Positions 36,506 to 48,597 of a DNA stretch of 64,000 nucleotides are shown in pieces. Numbering within the stretch: position 1 is the stretch's first letter; every line of letters begins with the position of its first letter. The DNA comes from Octopus sinensis. Lineage: Eukaryota. Below the pieces are notes generated by a model. The model saw only the letters and a list, made by a program, of their open reading frames with translations, was not told where the DNA came from and ran no database searches. Both the position numbers and the translations under genes were made by a program. The stretch spans positions 310,001 through 374,000 of the forward strand of contig NW_021831284.1 of assembly GCF_006345805.1 (NCBI RefSeq). Direction: 5' to 3'.

Positions 36506-39500
36506 CAGTCCGACCTCTAAATGGGGCACTAAGTGCCTCAAATCAGAGGTTTCCCCAAAAAAGAGGTTTTTTCAAAACTCAATAAATAAAGAAAAAGAAC
36601 ATTATTTTTTAAAATAATCAGTTAATTTTTCTCCATATTTATATTTATTTTTAATTCCTAACGACACTTTCTTTCTGAATTCATAAAAATCATGAAGAGA
36701 ATCTGGAATCAAAGATGTTTGTCTCTAAGTTTTCCATCAAACTTAAAATTTGTGATATTGATGGTTCGCAGCTTATATTCTCATAGATATTTGGATCATC
36801 AAGAAGAAGATTCACGTTCACGTGGTTGCACTTTGTTGTTGTTGTTCATTTCTTTCTTTTCATTTGTTCATTTCTTATTCAATAATCCATTGTTGTAATT
36901 GTCATCTATCTAATAGTTATTCTCTGTTTATTCTTTTTCTGATCCTATGTCTCCCTGCAGCAAGTGCGAACTTACGTGCCCTCGGAAAAAGGGAAGGTAT
37001 TGTTCTTCGTGCCAACTCTACTTCCACCTCTCCTGTGTCGGCTTATCGAAGATCAGCTCGGCAAGCATCGCAAACTGGAAATGTTTTCGCTGCTCTTCTT
37101 CCCCTCTGTACATCGAGGCCCCGACTCTTTCCAAAATACCTAAAGACCGGTCTTGTTGCAAAGCTCGCGAGTTTCTTGTACTTTTGTCTCGTTTCCGGAA
37201 ATCGAGATCTATTCCGTCACGCATTCCTAAATCGGCCAGGATCCAAGTGGCTAACTCCTTAGCTTTGGCTATTGAGCGGGCTCTGACCTCGAATTCTTGG
37301 AACGATTGGCTCAAGTTTCTCTCATTTGTCCCTGTCTGTCTGGGCAACCCTTCAAACGGCACTCTTCGTGGTGACCGCTTGTCCCTCTCGCAGCAAATTA
37401 AAACAAACTGTGAGTTTTTCAACAATTCAGAATTTGATATGAGCTATTTTTCCCTTGATGCTGCTGAAAGGCTCCCTCGTTTAATTCGGAGCACTCAGGA
37501 CATTTCCCGAATGGTTCGCAACAAGCTTATGCAAGGCGACGTTCGGAGTGCAGTACGTGTTATTTCCTCCAACACCACAATTGCCCCCCTTCTGACAAAA
37601 TCCTCGACCAATTGCGCTCTAAACACCCCGGCGCCCCGGATGACTTATCCGAAATCCCGGATCCGGTGACTGATTCTATATATCCCGTCTCTTCGACGGA
37701 TGTAACTGCCGCCCTCAGCTCTTTCCCATTCAGCAGCAGTGGGGGTATCGATGGCTTGAAACCGATTCATATAAAAGATCTGATTTCCCCTGTGACTGCA
37801 GAGGGTGGAAGACGCTTATTGTTGGCCATCACTTCTCTCTGCTCAAGAATCATCTCTGGTACGATCCCTCCTTTCGCTAGGGACGTACTCTTTTCCGCAA
37901 ATCTGACTGCTCTTAACAAAAGTGATGGTGGTGTACGGCCTATCGCTGTAGGCAACAATCTTCAGACGCCTTGCTGCTAAAATTATTTGTCAATCAGTGG
38001 TTCCGGAAGCAAGTGCTAAGCTTATGCCAATTCAACTGGGCGTGGGCGTAAAGGAGCCTGCGAAGCAGCCGCCCATGGCATACGGCAGCTGTCTTCTGCA
38101 AAATGTACTGAAATCCCATTCCTTCTTAAAATTGATGTCAAAAACGCGTTCAACTCGATTCGGCGCGATCATATCCTTGAAATTGTTCGTTGTCGTTTCC
38201 CTGCCTTATATCCGATCGTCCATCTGTCTTACGCCTCCCCCAGCTGTCTCTTGTTTGCCGACAATGTTTTATGTCCGAAACTGGCATCCAACAAGGCGAC
38301 CCTCTTGGCCCCTTTTATTCTCACTCGGGGTTGATCACATTGCCCGCCAATTGTCCTCCGAGGTAAACATTTGGTACCTCGATGATGTTACTCTCGGCGG
38401 GGCTTGGAGACCGTCAGGAAGGATATGGAAAAAATTATTTCTGGTTTTGCGTCTATTGGGCTCGCTTTGAATGGATCCAAATCCGAGCTGATATGCTTGT
38501 CTGCGAGCCCTTCGGAATTCAAATTAATTTTTTCGACCTTATCTCGCCATATTGAAGGCCTGGGCATCACCCAGCTTGATGACCTCATCATTCTGGTTCC
38601 CCAATCAATAGCAAGGCTACTAAGAAGGCTTTTATAGGCAGGCTCGAAGAATTGGAAACTTTAATCTCCCGCATTTCAAACTCGAATCCCATTTAGGCCT
38701 TTTTTTGCTAAAGAACTATCTCTTCATACCGAGGCTAACTTATCTCTTGCGCTCATCGCCGTGCTTTCTCGAACAAAATCACTTATTTCGTCTCGACAAC
38801 ATGGTCTCCGAAGCTCTTGAACTCCTCGTAAATATCAAATTCAAACCTTCAGACATGCGACGGGTTAATTTACCTATTCGTTACGGGGGCATCGGCATTC
38901 GTTCTTGTGTTGATTTATCCTTCCCATGTTACCTTTCCTCGTTGTCTGCCTCTGCTACTTCCTTCAACTCTGTTCTCTTCCCCTTCCCTGAACAGCCCGA
39001 GTTGTTGGAATATGCGGCGGGTGTCAACATGTGGATTTCTCGTGGGCTTAAAATCCCGGACGTCCCCTCAGTTCAAAAGAACTGGGATGATATACATTGT
39101 TTGCATACACTCGAAGATATCCGCCTACGTGCTGACCAGTTTCAGTTGGCAAGCATCAATTGTGCCTGTCAACCCCACTCGGCCGATTGGCTTGACGCTT
39201 TGCCGATTTCCTCCTGCTGGAATGTTGCTGGACGACGAATCTGTCCGCATCGGAATCTGTTTACGGCTTGGCATAGAGATTTGCCTGCCACATCAGTGCA
39301 GATGCGGAAAGGTCATTGACAGGAGAGGGCTACCCCCCTCTCTTGTCGCCTCAGTACCGGCCGTATACCCAGACATCCGCCTTGAATGATATTGTCAAGC
39401 GCGCGCTCAACGCCGCTGGATTCCCTTCGGTCCTAGAGCCGGTTGGTTTAGACCGTGGCGACGGAAAACGTCCCGACGGGTCCACGCTATTCCCGTTCAA

Positions 39501-40765
39501 GGGGGGACTCGCTCTCGTTTGGACGTGACTGTGTCGACTCGTTTTCCTCGTCATCTCTCATGGACTCTGCCTCCCGCCCTGGCTCAGCCTCCGCACATGC
39601 CGAAACAAAAAAATAACAAAGTATGCCTCATTGAAGAACACCTGCCTTTTCGTCCCCCTGGCTTTCGAAACGAGCGGGATAATCGGCCCAAAAGCTCTTG
39701 AGTTCCTTTCGGAAATCGGCTTGATGATCTCAAGGAGAGTCACGAGAGACGTGAGTCTAGTTGGCTTTTTCAGCGCATTTCGCTCGCGATATTGCGCGGA
39801 AACTGCCTATCTATTCGCGCGTCCTCTCAATCAAAGAATTAACATCATAAATTTACTTAATTAAAAAAAAAAAAATTTTTTTGATTTACTTTGGATCATT
39901 ATCTTCTATTTCATCAAAACATTCATCAATAACATTATTAATATTTCTTCAGATGATTCATTTATGCAACTCGAGTCTGATGGAGATTGTCGAAAAACCT
40001 TTGCCAGCAGTTATAATAATATCCGCAGATACATTATTCCAGGCATCTGAGATTATTGTTACCACTTGCCGCAAATTTAATTGGATAAAGACTCTATAAA
40101 CAAATCCTGGTCGTCTTGAAAACATAAAAAATCAATTAGACAATTCAAATAATTATCAGCAGATGCGGATTCGCCTGACAATGTTCGGAATTTTAATTCA
40201 TGCCTCTGCTTGAATTTTTCTAACCATCCATTTGAAGCTTTAAACTTGTTTAAGCCCATTCTCGAAGAAACAGTTAGGGAAATTTTTTTTTAAGAGTTCC
40301 AGAAACTGGAACATTCTGATCCCTTAGACGCTGAAAAATATCAATGACTTTTTCATCAAATCCGTTTTTATTTTCACTTAATGATGAGGAAAGAAATCCT
40401 TTTTTGATAAATGGAAGAATATTCTTTTTTATACGAAAATAGTTCCCTTGCTAGTATTGTACATTATGGATAATCTCCTCTCAGAATGTTCTTTCTTTAA
40501 AAGATGATCAGCAATCTTCAACTTGGTTTCATAATTCAAAGGCATTACACAATAAATTTGAAATGAAACGTGTCTTAAAATATTTATTTTTTAAATTGGT
40601 ATAATTAATTTTATTTAATAAAAAATCAATGCCACAAATAGAGATGTTAAAATTAATTGATTTTTTATAATTTGGTTAAAAAATTTATAATGCCCCAAAA
40701 CAGAGTTTTCCCCAAAAAAGAGGTGCCCCACCCCTGGAGGTGCGCCCCAATTAGAGGTCGGACTG
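36506..40765 (-). mobile_element. pogo/Tigger element (internally deleted) hosting a nested CRE-like retrotransposon
   Basis: TIRs CAGTCCGACCTCTAA(A/T)TGGGGC with TA TSDs; shared subterminal CCCCAAAAAAGAGGT. Transposase remnant FKASNGWLEKFKQRH..LSGESASAD at 40077-40259. Confidence 0.9.
36690..39873 (+). mobile_element. Near full-length CRE-like non-LTR retrotransposon (PHD finger + RT + RLE), poly(A) tailed
   Basis: N-terminal C4HC3 PHD (CSKC..CSSC..FHLSC..WKCFRC); RT motifs SSGGIDGL, GGVRPIAVG, QLGVG, IDVKNAFNS, GIQQGDPLGP, WYLDD; RLE CCHC and RPDG; poly(A) at ~39861-39873. 5' end approximate. Confidence 0.93.
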
Positions 40766-40789
40766 TATCTATCTAAGTACTGAGTTTTT

Positions 40790-41950
40790 CAGTAGAAAAG
40801 GGGCGGTATTCCACACAGCTTGTTCCCTTTTCTCTTCTGGTTTTCTAGACCTCCGAAAACGTGTGTCCAACGTTTTTCCTGACTAAATGTCGAAAAAGAC
40901 TTAAATTGAAAAATATCAAATAAATTACTTTCTGGCTTCTAAGACCATTTGACTGTAAATAAGCCTCTAAAACATTTTACTGTGACTTATTCCAATTCTA
41001 TTTAATGGCTAATCCGTCCCATATCATTACACAAGAAATAACATTACCGTTCTACATCAATTCTAGATCATAATTCTTTCTCTTCTCCACTATTAACAAA
41101 CGGTCTAGAAATTGTATATCCACCTCCACATCATCCGGGGAAACAGTTGGGCAATCCCCCAGGCTACATATCTACCATAAACATAATACCATTAATTGTT
41201 TTAATGTAGTTTTCTTTACAAAATATTTTTTATATTTAAAAACAATAATTTAATTAAACGTGGTTTAATACTTTTTTTTGTTGTGTGTTATCCAGGCTAG
41301 TCCGTTTCTATTTGCATAGGAATGTTCAAGCACTGGTATATTAACAAGGAGATGTATTAAATGTTTTGCTCTCCGACATGAATAATAATTCCAATTAATG
41401 CATTTGGTTATCTTTACTATTTTCAGTAAAGTACGCGAAAGTGCTACATTATTAAAAGCTTCGTGTTGCCTCCTGTCCGGTGGTTAGTATGGCTTTTTAC
41501 ATTATTCAATTGTTTTGGCTGCAAAATTTCTTTTGTTTTCATTTTGATTTTTTAATAAAATTTGTTTTTTACTTCCTAATAGATGTTAAAAACTGCTAAA
41601 ATGCAATATTTCTGAATTCTAGAATTACTGTTCTTATACTATACTAATTCTAAATCTGCTTAAATACTATTTATCTTCATTAAAATCTTTTAATTTAATT
41701 GATAGATGTTAACTATTCTCTACAAGTTCTTTTATTATTAGCTTATGCTGTTTTGCAGGAATTATAATGACATATTTGGTATAAATTTTGTAAAAAAACT
41801 GTTTCTTTTTAAGCAATTTAATGAGCTTTGTCTTGAAGATTGGTTCTTTCATTCAATCGAAAACCATTAAAAACTAATTTCTTTTGTGATTGAGAAATCG
41901 ACAACTCATTGCTTTGAATAAAATTTGTCTTATTAATTAAACATTATTGA
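40790..41950 (-). mobile_element. Highly degraded Tc1/pogo-like remnants
   Basis: Fragments CVMIWDGLA (Tc1 VMVWG-like) and NLQDKAH (CENP-B HTH-like); no termini defined. Confidence 0.3.
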
Positions 41951-43323
41951 TTAAAAACCAAAAATTTAATTAAATGTGGTTTAACATTAAGCTGGATTTC
42001 TAATAAGCGTTTTCATTCATTTGGTGGTTAGTATCCCTGTTTCATCATATTATTGATTACAATGAAATGCCAAAAATCCAGGCCAATTACCAGATATATT
42101 TTGAAAATCACTGCGCTTGTTTAGAATATGTGCCAATAAGGGAATTGTTAGATTTATCGTCTTTCTTTGTATTTTTGACATCAAAAGTTTAAACTGAATA
42201 TTCAATATGTATCTCATTTTTAGTCTATGAAAATATAAAATTAGGATAGCTGATCAAAATCACTTCAAATCTAGACAGGAGGTGGGTCGAATTGGGAATA
42301 AAATGTCCCCCTATGTTTTTAGAAGAGCAAAAATTTTGCAAAGATTTATATGTAGCGGTTGAATACGGACTCTGTTGAAAACGATCACTTGATTGCTGCA
42401 AATTTCTATGTTTAATTTTCGCCTTCTTGTTGATTAATCGGGTTACTTTTTTTCAAATTTTAATAATTAAAAAAATTATTGAATTAACAAAAGTAATTGA
42501 AACAATAAGAATTTCAGATTTTAAATAAAGAATTTATGATTTGGCGTGATAGATTAGATTTATCACCCGGACACTTAGAACGGGTCCAGTCATTATAATT
42601 TATAACAATAATTAATGTAAAGTTGAAATTTTATCTAGGTTGCAAGTATTATGTGTATTTTATTGATTATTTTTGTTGACTGTGGACACCTTTGTTAATT
42701 TTTGAAATGGATATTTTATTTGCACTTTTAATTTGAGCGCAAAGATAAATATTTTAGAGGATAAAATTGATTAGTGTGATGGTGCTTCATGTCTTTTAAT
42801 TTTATTAACGTTAAACGTGTGAAATACAGTCCAAGCTGTCAATTTCAATAAATGAATGTTTTTAACACAATAATCCTCAAAATTGATACCGATAGTTACC
42901 ATGGATACGTCAAGAAAATATAACAATGTGGTATTTGTTACGAAGAAAAAATGGCTTTCCATAACTAAATTGAAATACACTTGTACTTGACCCGTTAATC
43001 TCCTTAATCTCTTATAAAAATATAAATATCATAAAAACCAAGTTTTTATAGTGATTTTTAGTGTTTTAAACCCAATAAAACTTTGATTTCCTTAAAAGCG
43101 AAAAGCAGGAATTTATATACGTTTTCGGAAATAAAAATTCAATTTATATTTTAAAAAAAGATCTTAAATTTAAAGACTGGCTTTACTGAAGTATCTAACA
43201 ATAAACAAAATAAATTGATTATTAAATTCAATTTATCTTACTTAACGCACAATTGAATTTAATTTTCAAGTGTTTTACTTGTATATATTTCATTATTAAA
43301 CACAGTTTAAGTATTATAAATAA

Positions 43324-44307
43324 ATGATAAATGATAATGACATTAAAAGTGAAATTAACAAGGAAATAACGCTTTCTAATTTAATGAGATTCAAAATCAA
43401 CAATTTGATTGAACTGAGTTTTTTAGAATGTAAAATTAAAAAATTCAGAAAAAATAATTTATCAGATTCATTTAAAAAAATTTCGGAAATGTGTTGCGAT
43501 ACGAAAATTGATAAATTGTTTGTAAATATAAATAATCTCGAAGAAATTTCAGTAGACATGTTTATCAAAAACTATAAATTTCGGCAATCGGATAACAATG
43601 ATATTTTAGCAGCCAGAATTATTCTGAATAATGTAATCAATTTTCTAAAATTTAATAACAAAGCTACAAATGTTATAAAAGAAATTTCAAACAAATGTAA
43701 AATAATTGTAGATACTATACTAAAAATGATTTTGAAAATGACAAGTATCATTAAAATAGATTTTATACTTCAAATTGAAAATCGGATAATTATGAAAAGA
43801 AAAGAATTGCTAGAAAAATCTCATAAAATAAATAAATGCATTCAGTCTATTGACAAAATATTACAAAATTGTAGAACATTTCTAATTTTTCAAGATAAAG
43901 TAATTAAAAAAAATCAAATTTCATTGAAACTTTCCAATGATTTGATTGAACTTACAAAATACATTTTGAAATTGACCGATTTTATAAATTCAAAATTACA
44001 GAAAGAAATGATTAATTTAAAAAACCAACAAATTATTGAAACAAAATTATACCGAAGATGCTTGACTAGAGACATTGTAGCTCAAGCATGTTACAATAAT
44101 TCAATATATTGTTTAAAGAAACGTGGTGCTTCAGAATTCCCAAATGAATTCACTATTTTTGCACAAAAACAAGATTCTTTAGCTTACCGTTTTTCTAATT
44201 TAATATGTTCCCATAAATTATTCGATAATAAATTTTCAATAATTAACAAGTCAAAAGAAGAAAAAATTAAATTTGATAAAGTAATTTCAAGTAAAAATAA
44301 TCATTAG
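43324..44307 (+). CDS. Intronless 327-aa orphan helical protein, paralog A
   Basis: Uninterrupted ORF in AT-rich DNA; aligns by eye with 45134-46120. Confidence 0.75.
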   Translation: MINDNDIKSEINKEITLSNLMRFKINNLIELSFLECKIKKFRKNNLSDSFKKISEMCCDTKIDKLFVNINNLEEISVDMFIKNYKFRQSDNNDILAARIILNNVINFLKFNNKATNVIKEISNKCKIIVDTILKMILKMTSIIKIDFILQIENRIIMKRKELLEKSHKINKCIQSIDKILQNCRTFLIFQDKVIKKNQISLKLSNDLIELTKYILKLTDFINSKLQKEMINLKNQQIIETKLYRRCLTRDIVAQACYNNSIYCLKKRGASEFPNEFTIFAQKQDSLAYRFSNLICSHKLFDNKFSIINKSKEEKIKFDKVISSKNNH

Positions 44308-45133
44308 GCAAATAAAAATGTTTTAAAAATGAAAGAAATCAGAAAACAGTCCTGGCTTCGAAGGTTGGAGATATTCAATACTCAAATTGATGTATCGACT
44401 TACTACGAGTATGCTAAGCAACACTTAGTTCTACTTACTAGTTAGTAGCGTTTAATTTAAATTTCTTTAGGAAATGAAAATTTTTACTGACAAATTAATT
44501 CAATTATCGTTAATATAATCATGTTTTCTTTAAAAAAATTTTAAGATATTGATATCAATTCTGCACCCAATAGACTATAATTTTAAGAATTTGGCAATTA
44601 CTAAAATTTAATTTATTGATAATTTATTTTGAAAATATACACGATTTAAAAATTATTTGGAATTAACTTTGTAAATGATAATATTACTGAGCTCAGAAAT
44701 CTGGGGTTCATTATTAGCTTTTCCTGTAAAACTTGAAGACATTTATGAAAACAGAATGATCATGGTTTAAGACGCTTAATGCCACCTATTTTGATTTTAA
44801 GACCTTTATTTCGTTTAATACAAACTCATGTTGATAGACAGTTTATTCATAATCTACCTCTTTTAGCATTACATTTTATGAAAATTTTAAATAAATGAGT
44901 CATGTTTTTTAAGATCAGATAAACCTGTAAACATATTTTAAATAATAATTTTCTATGAAACGGGTGAGTTTTCTATAAATAAGTATTACAATAGCTTACT
45001 AAAATTTGAAAATAAATGTTGTTCATGCTATTCTTAATATTTATGTATTTTGATTTTGACTTTTTGATGATTCAAACATTTGATCCCATGCATATTTTTT
45101 AATATTTTGTATTTTCCTAACTTTTTCATGTGC

Positions 45134-46120
45134 CTAAAAAGTATAATATAATCTTGATTTTTGACTCACCACATCTTTATTCATTTTTCTACGATTTGAT
45201 TCGTCCAATATTGATAATTTATTTTCAAATACTTTTTGTAGATAGATTACATTTGAAGAACAAAAAGATGATATATTCCGCTGTTGTCGAAAAATAGAAT
45301 ACTCCTTAACAATCTTTTGGTTTTTAAATTGATGATAAATTGAACTATGGTGAAATGCTTGAGCTATTATATGTCTACTTTTGTTCTTTCGGTATAATTC
45401 TTTGGCACAATTTTGTTCATTTTCTAAATTTTTAAGGTTTCTCCGGAGTTTTAAATCAATAAAGTTCGTTGAATCTAACACATATTTCGCACACTCTATC
45501 AAGGAAATCGAAATCATTATTGAACATTTGATTTTGGTAATCACTTGATTATGTATTATTTGAATTTTATGACGATTACGCAATATTTTATCAATTGAGT
45601 CAATACTTTTATTTAAATCGCTATATTTTTCGTAAAATTCTTTTCTTTTAGTAATTATCAGACTTTCAATTTCAATGATAAACTCCATTTTTGTAAAGTC
45701 TGCCAAAGTTGATATCATTGTGAGTATAGTATTTATAATCTTCAAGCATTCATGGGAAATTATTTTAAGATATGATGCACTTTCATCGTTGAATTTAAGA
45801 AATTTCGTTAAATTATTAGAAAAAGGATCTTTGTCTGCTTTTTGATCTACTGTTTCAAAATTGAAATTTCTCAAAAACATTCCAGCAAATAAGATTTGGT
45901 TCCAATAATTTTTTTGGCGTGGTAATTTAAAAATTTTTGGCTTTTCGATTTCCTTTATGGGTACTTTACCAGATGTTTGTTCTAATTCGGACAAATAGCT
46001 CTTCGCAAATTTCTGTACGTCATTTTTATAAAATTTCAATTCTATTAATTTATGATTTTTATATCTTTTCAAAGTAAGGATAGTAATTTCTCCTAGGTGT
46101 ATACCATTTTCGATATACAT
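45134..46120 (-). CDS. Intronless 328-aa orphan helical protein, paralog B
   Basis: Shares blocks with paralog A: NN...FLKFN, I..KRKE..EK, I.SIDKIL.N, LIE..KY.L..T.FI..KL, I.AQA, F.NK.SI. Confidence 0.75.
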   Translation of the reverse strand: MYIENGIHLGEITILTLKRYKNHKLIELKFYKNDVQKFAKSYLSELEQTSGKVPIKEIEKPKIFKLPRQKNYWNQILFAGMFLRNFNFETVDQKADKDPFSNNLTKFLKFNDESASYLKIISHECLKIINTILTMISTLADFTKMEFIIEIESLIITKRKEFYEKYSDLNKSIDSIDKILRNRHKIQIIHNQVITKIKCSIMISISLIECAKYVLDSTNFIDLKLRRNLKNLENEQNCAKELYRKNKSRHIIAQAFHHSSIYHQFKNQKIVKEYSIFRQQRNISSFCSSNVIYLQKVFENKLSILDESNRRKMNKDVVSQKSRLYYTF

Positions 46121-46559
46121 TGAAACGATAAAAAGTAAACTACTATTTATGATAATCTATTGTGAAATCTTCATTATATAAAAGTCAATATGTGCGTATC
46201 TTATTTTTAATGTATTTAATTAAATATTGAAATTTTATTTTACACCAAAGCCTTTAAGCTTTATATTGTTACTACTAAGATAAAGATAATTGTTTCAAAT
46301 CATAAACAATATGTTTAATGATCGATCATATTTGATACACAATAAAATAATCTAATGTTGAACTGTAGTTTCTTATTTTGTTTTTTTTAGTTACAAATTC
46401 ATAGTCAAATAAATAAATATAAATAATCACAAGAAAATTGTTATTTATTTTTTTCGCAAAAAAGGGAATGCTTATTGACGAACAATTAATAGTTAACATA
46501 AAAATAACAAAGTGAAAAATAAATAGTTACCCTTTCTGAGAAAATTGTCGGTCTCAGAT

Positions 46560-47820
46560 CGACAGATCTGAAAAATCTGGTTGTCCTTGGTTTGTCAATC
46601 TCCGGTGGAGGGATATCTACTGCTATCGCGGATAAGAAACGTGAGCAAGTCCTGACCCTGAAACGAATCTCCGACTTCTATGCACACGTGGGGCTATTCC
46701 TCATTAAAAACTATCTTTGTATCCCGCGTCTTACCTACTTACCACGTTCATCCCCGTGTTTCCGGGAACCCGACCTGTTGTCTAACCTGGATTCTATTAT
46801 CTAGAAGTCTGTCGATAAATTACTTAATGTTAACTTCTCTGGAGACAAACTTACTCGTGCAATGTTACCTCTACGATTCGGTGGTATTGGTACCCACATC
46901 TCTCTGCATTGCTGTCTATCTTCGCTCTCGGCATCAAAAAATTTTGTCAGTAATGTTCTTTTTCCCTTTCCCGAACATTTTGAACTGACTGAATTTTCCT
47001 CTGCCCACGAAGTTTGGACTGCATCTGGTCTTGCCATTCCCAAGCTGGATCATTTTCAAAAAAATTGGGATTTCATTCGATGCAAAGAAATCGTAAAATC
47101 TCTGAAAACAAATGCCGATCAAATTGAACTCGCCTCAATTAACGCAGCTTCGCAACCACACTTAGGGGACGGTTAAATGCTGTCCCACTATTCTCACCTA
47201 ATTTACTCTTGGATGATGAGTCAGTTCAACTCGGTACCTGTCTTCGACTAGGAATCCCTCTTTTTCATCCCCACCCGTGCAAGTGTGGGCAGTTGATAGA
47301 CTCTGATGGCCTCCACCCTCATTTCTGTCGGTTAAGCGCTGGACGTACCCCGAGACACTCCAGTTTGAACAACGTCGTCAAACGGGGCCTTAATGCCGCA
47401 GGGTTTCCTTCGGTTTTGGAGCTCACTGGTCTTGATTGCGGAGACCGAAAACGTCCGAACGGAATGACGGTCTTCCATACAGAAAGGGAAGTGTCTCGTA
47501 TGGGATATAACCATGCGGACACCTTTGTCCTAGGGACCGTTACTCAGTCTGCGTCGTGTCCTGGCTTCGCGTCTTGCCGGACCGAGGAAAACAAACGGAG
47601 GAAGTACGCGTCGCTTCCTGTAGCGTCCCAATCGCCGTGGAGACGAGCGGCGTGATTGGGCCCGAGGGGATGAGGATTCTTTCGTCGATCGGGAAGCTTT
47701 TCGGAAAGAAAACTAATGACTCCCGGGAAACCAACCGGCTGTACTAGACTAGTGGATATCAATAGCAATTTTGCGAGGTAGCTGGCTTGCTATCCGCAGT
47801 GCGGCCATTGGCGAATTCTG
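46560..47820 (+). mobile_element. 5'-truncated CRE-like non-LTR retrotransposon
   Basis: LIKNYLCIPRLTYL, LPLRFGGIG, CKCG..HPHFC..RHSSLNN, KRPNG and PIAVETSG; homologous to the copies at 34961 and 36690. Confidence 0.88.
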
Positions 47821-48597
47821 ATTTTCAAAATTAGCAGTTATGACAAAAAAATTCAAACAATTATGACCATTTTTGCATTGGAAAATGTCACCAAAATAAC
47901 AAAATTAGCTCATAATTGGACTATTTGTCAAAATGTTTGACTGCAATTTTTCCGAAGGATTTTACTAACACCAATTGTTTAGAGGCAACGAAAATAAAGA
48001 AAAGATTTTGGAAAAACGATTTCTTTCTTTTAGCACAAAAAAACATATCCAGGAATTACGGAAGAAAAAGTTAAGGAAAGCGAATGAAAAATTTTCTGCG
48101 TTTTTATGTTTCAAAAACTTTCAACATTTAATTGTTATTTCATAAGGTTATTTGCCTTTAACATCTAGGTAACCGACTAGTTAAAGGTTGAAGAAAATCC
48201 AGCCTTATCTAGTGGTCTGTTAACTTTCTAGAATAAAACATCCCGAAATAAAAAAAATCAGTAAAAAGACCTCATTAGAGTTATTGTTGCTAAGATCCTT
48301 AACATAGATTGGCTTTAAAAAAAATTATAAATACCAAAGGGCATACTTGAGAATCACTGGTCTAAATGTTGGGCACTCCAACTTTTTCACCTTCGAGACT
48401 AATCATTTATTTATACACTAGTTGGTCGATTCTAATGAGGAATGCGTAATAAACTGCGCGCTGTGGTTTACAAAAATAATCTTGACTGACAAAAATATGA
48501 TTGCGTCGGATAACTCTATTTTGAAACCTTCATTAAAAAAATTAGTTTTTAAAATTATTTTATAATGATATAATAAATGAAAATCATAATTAAATTA

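Noticed and set aside
34965-39864. Many short antisense and alternate-frame ORFs over the CRE copies
   Set aside because: Shadow frames of GC-richer retrotransposon sequence.
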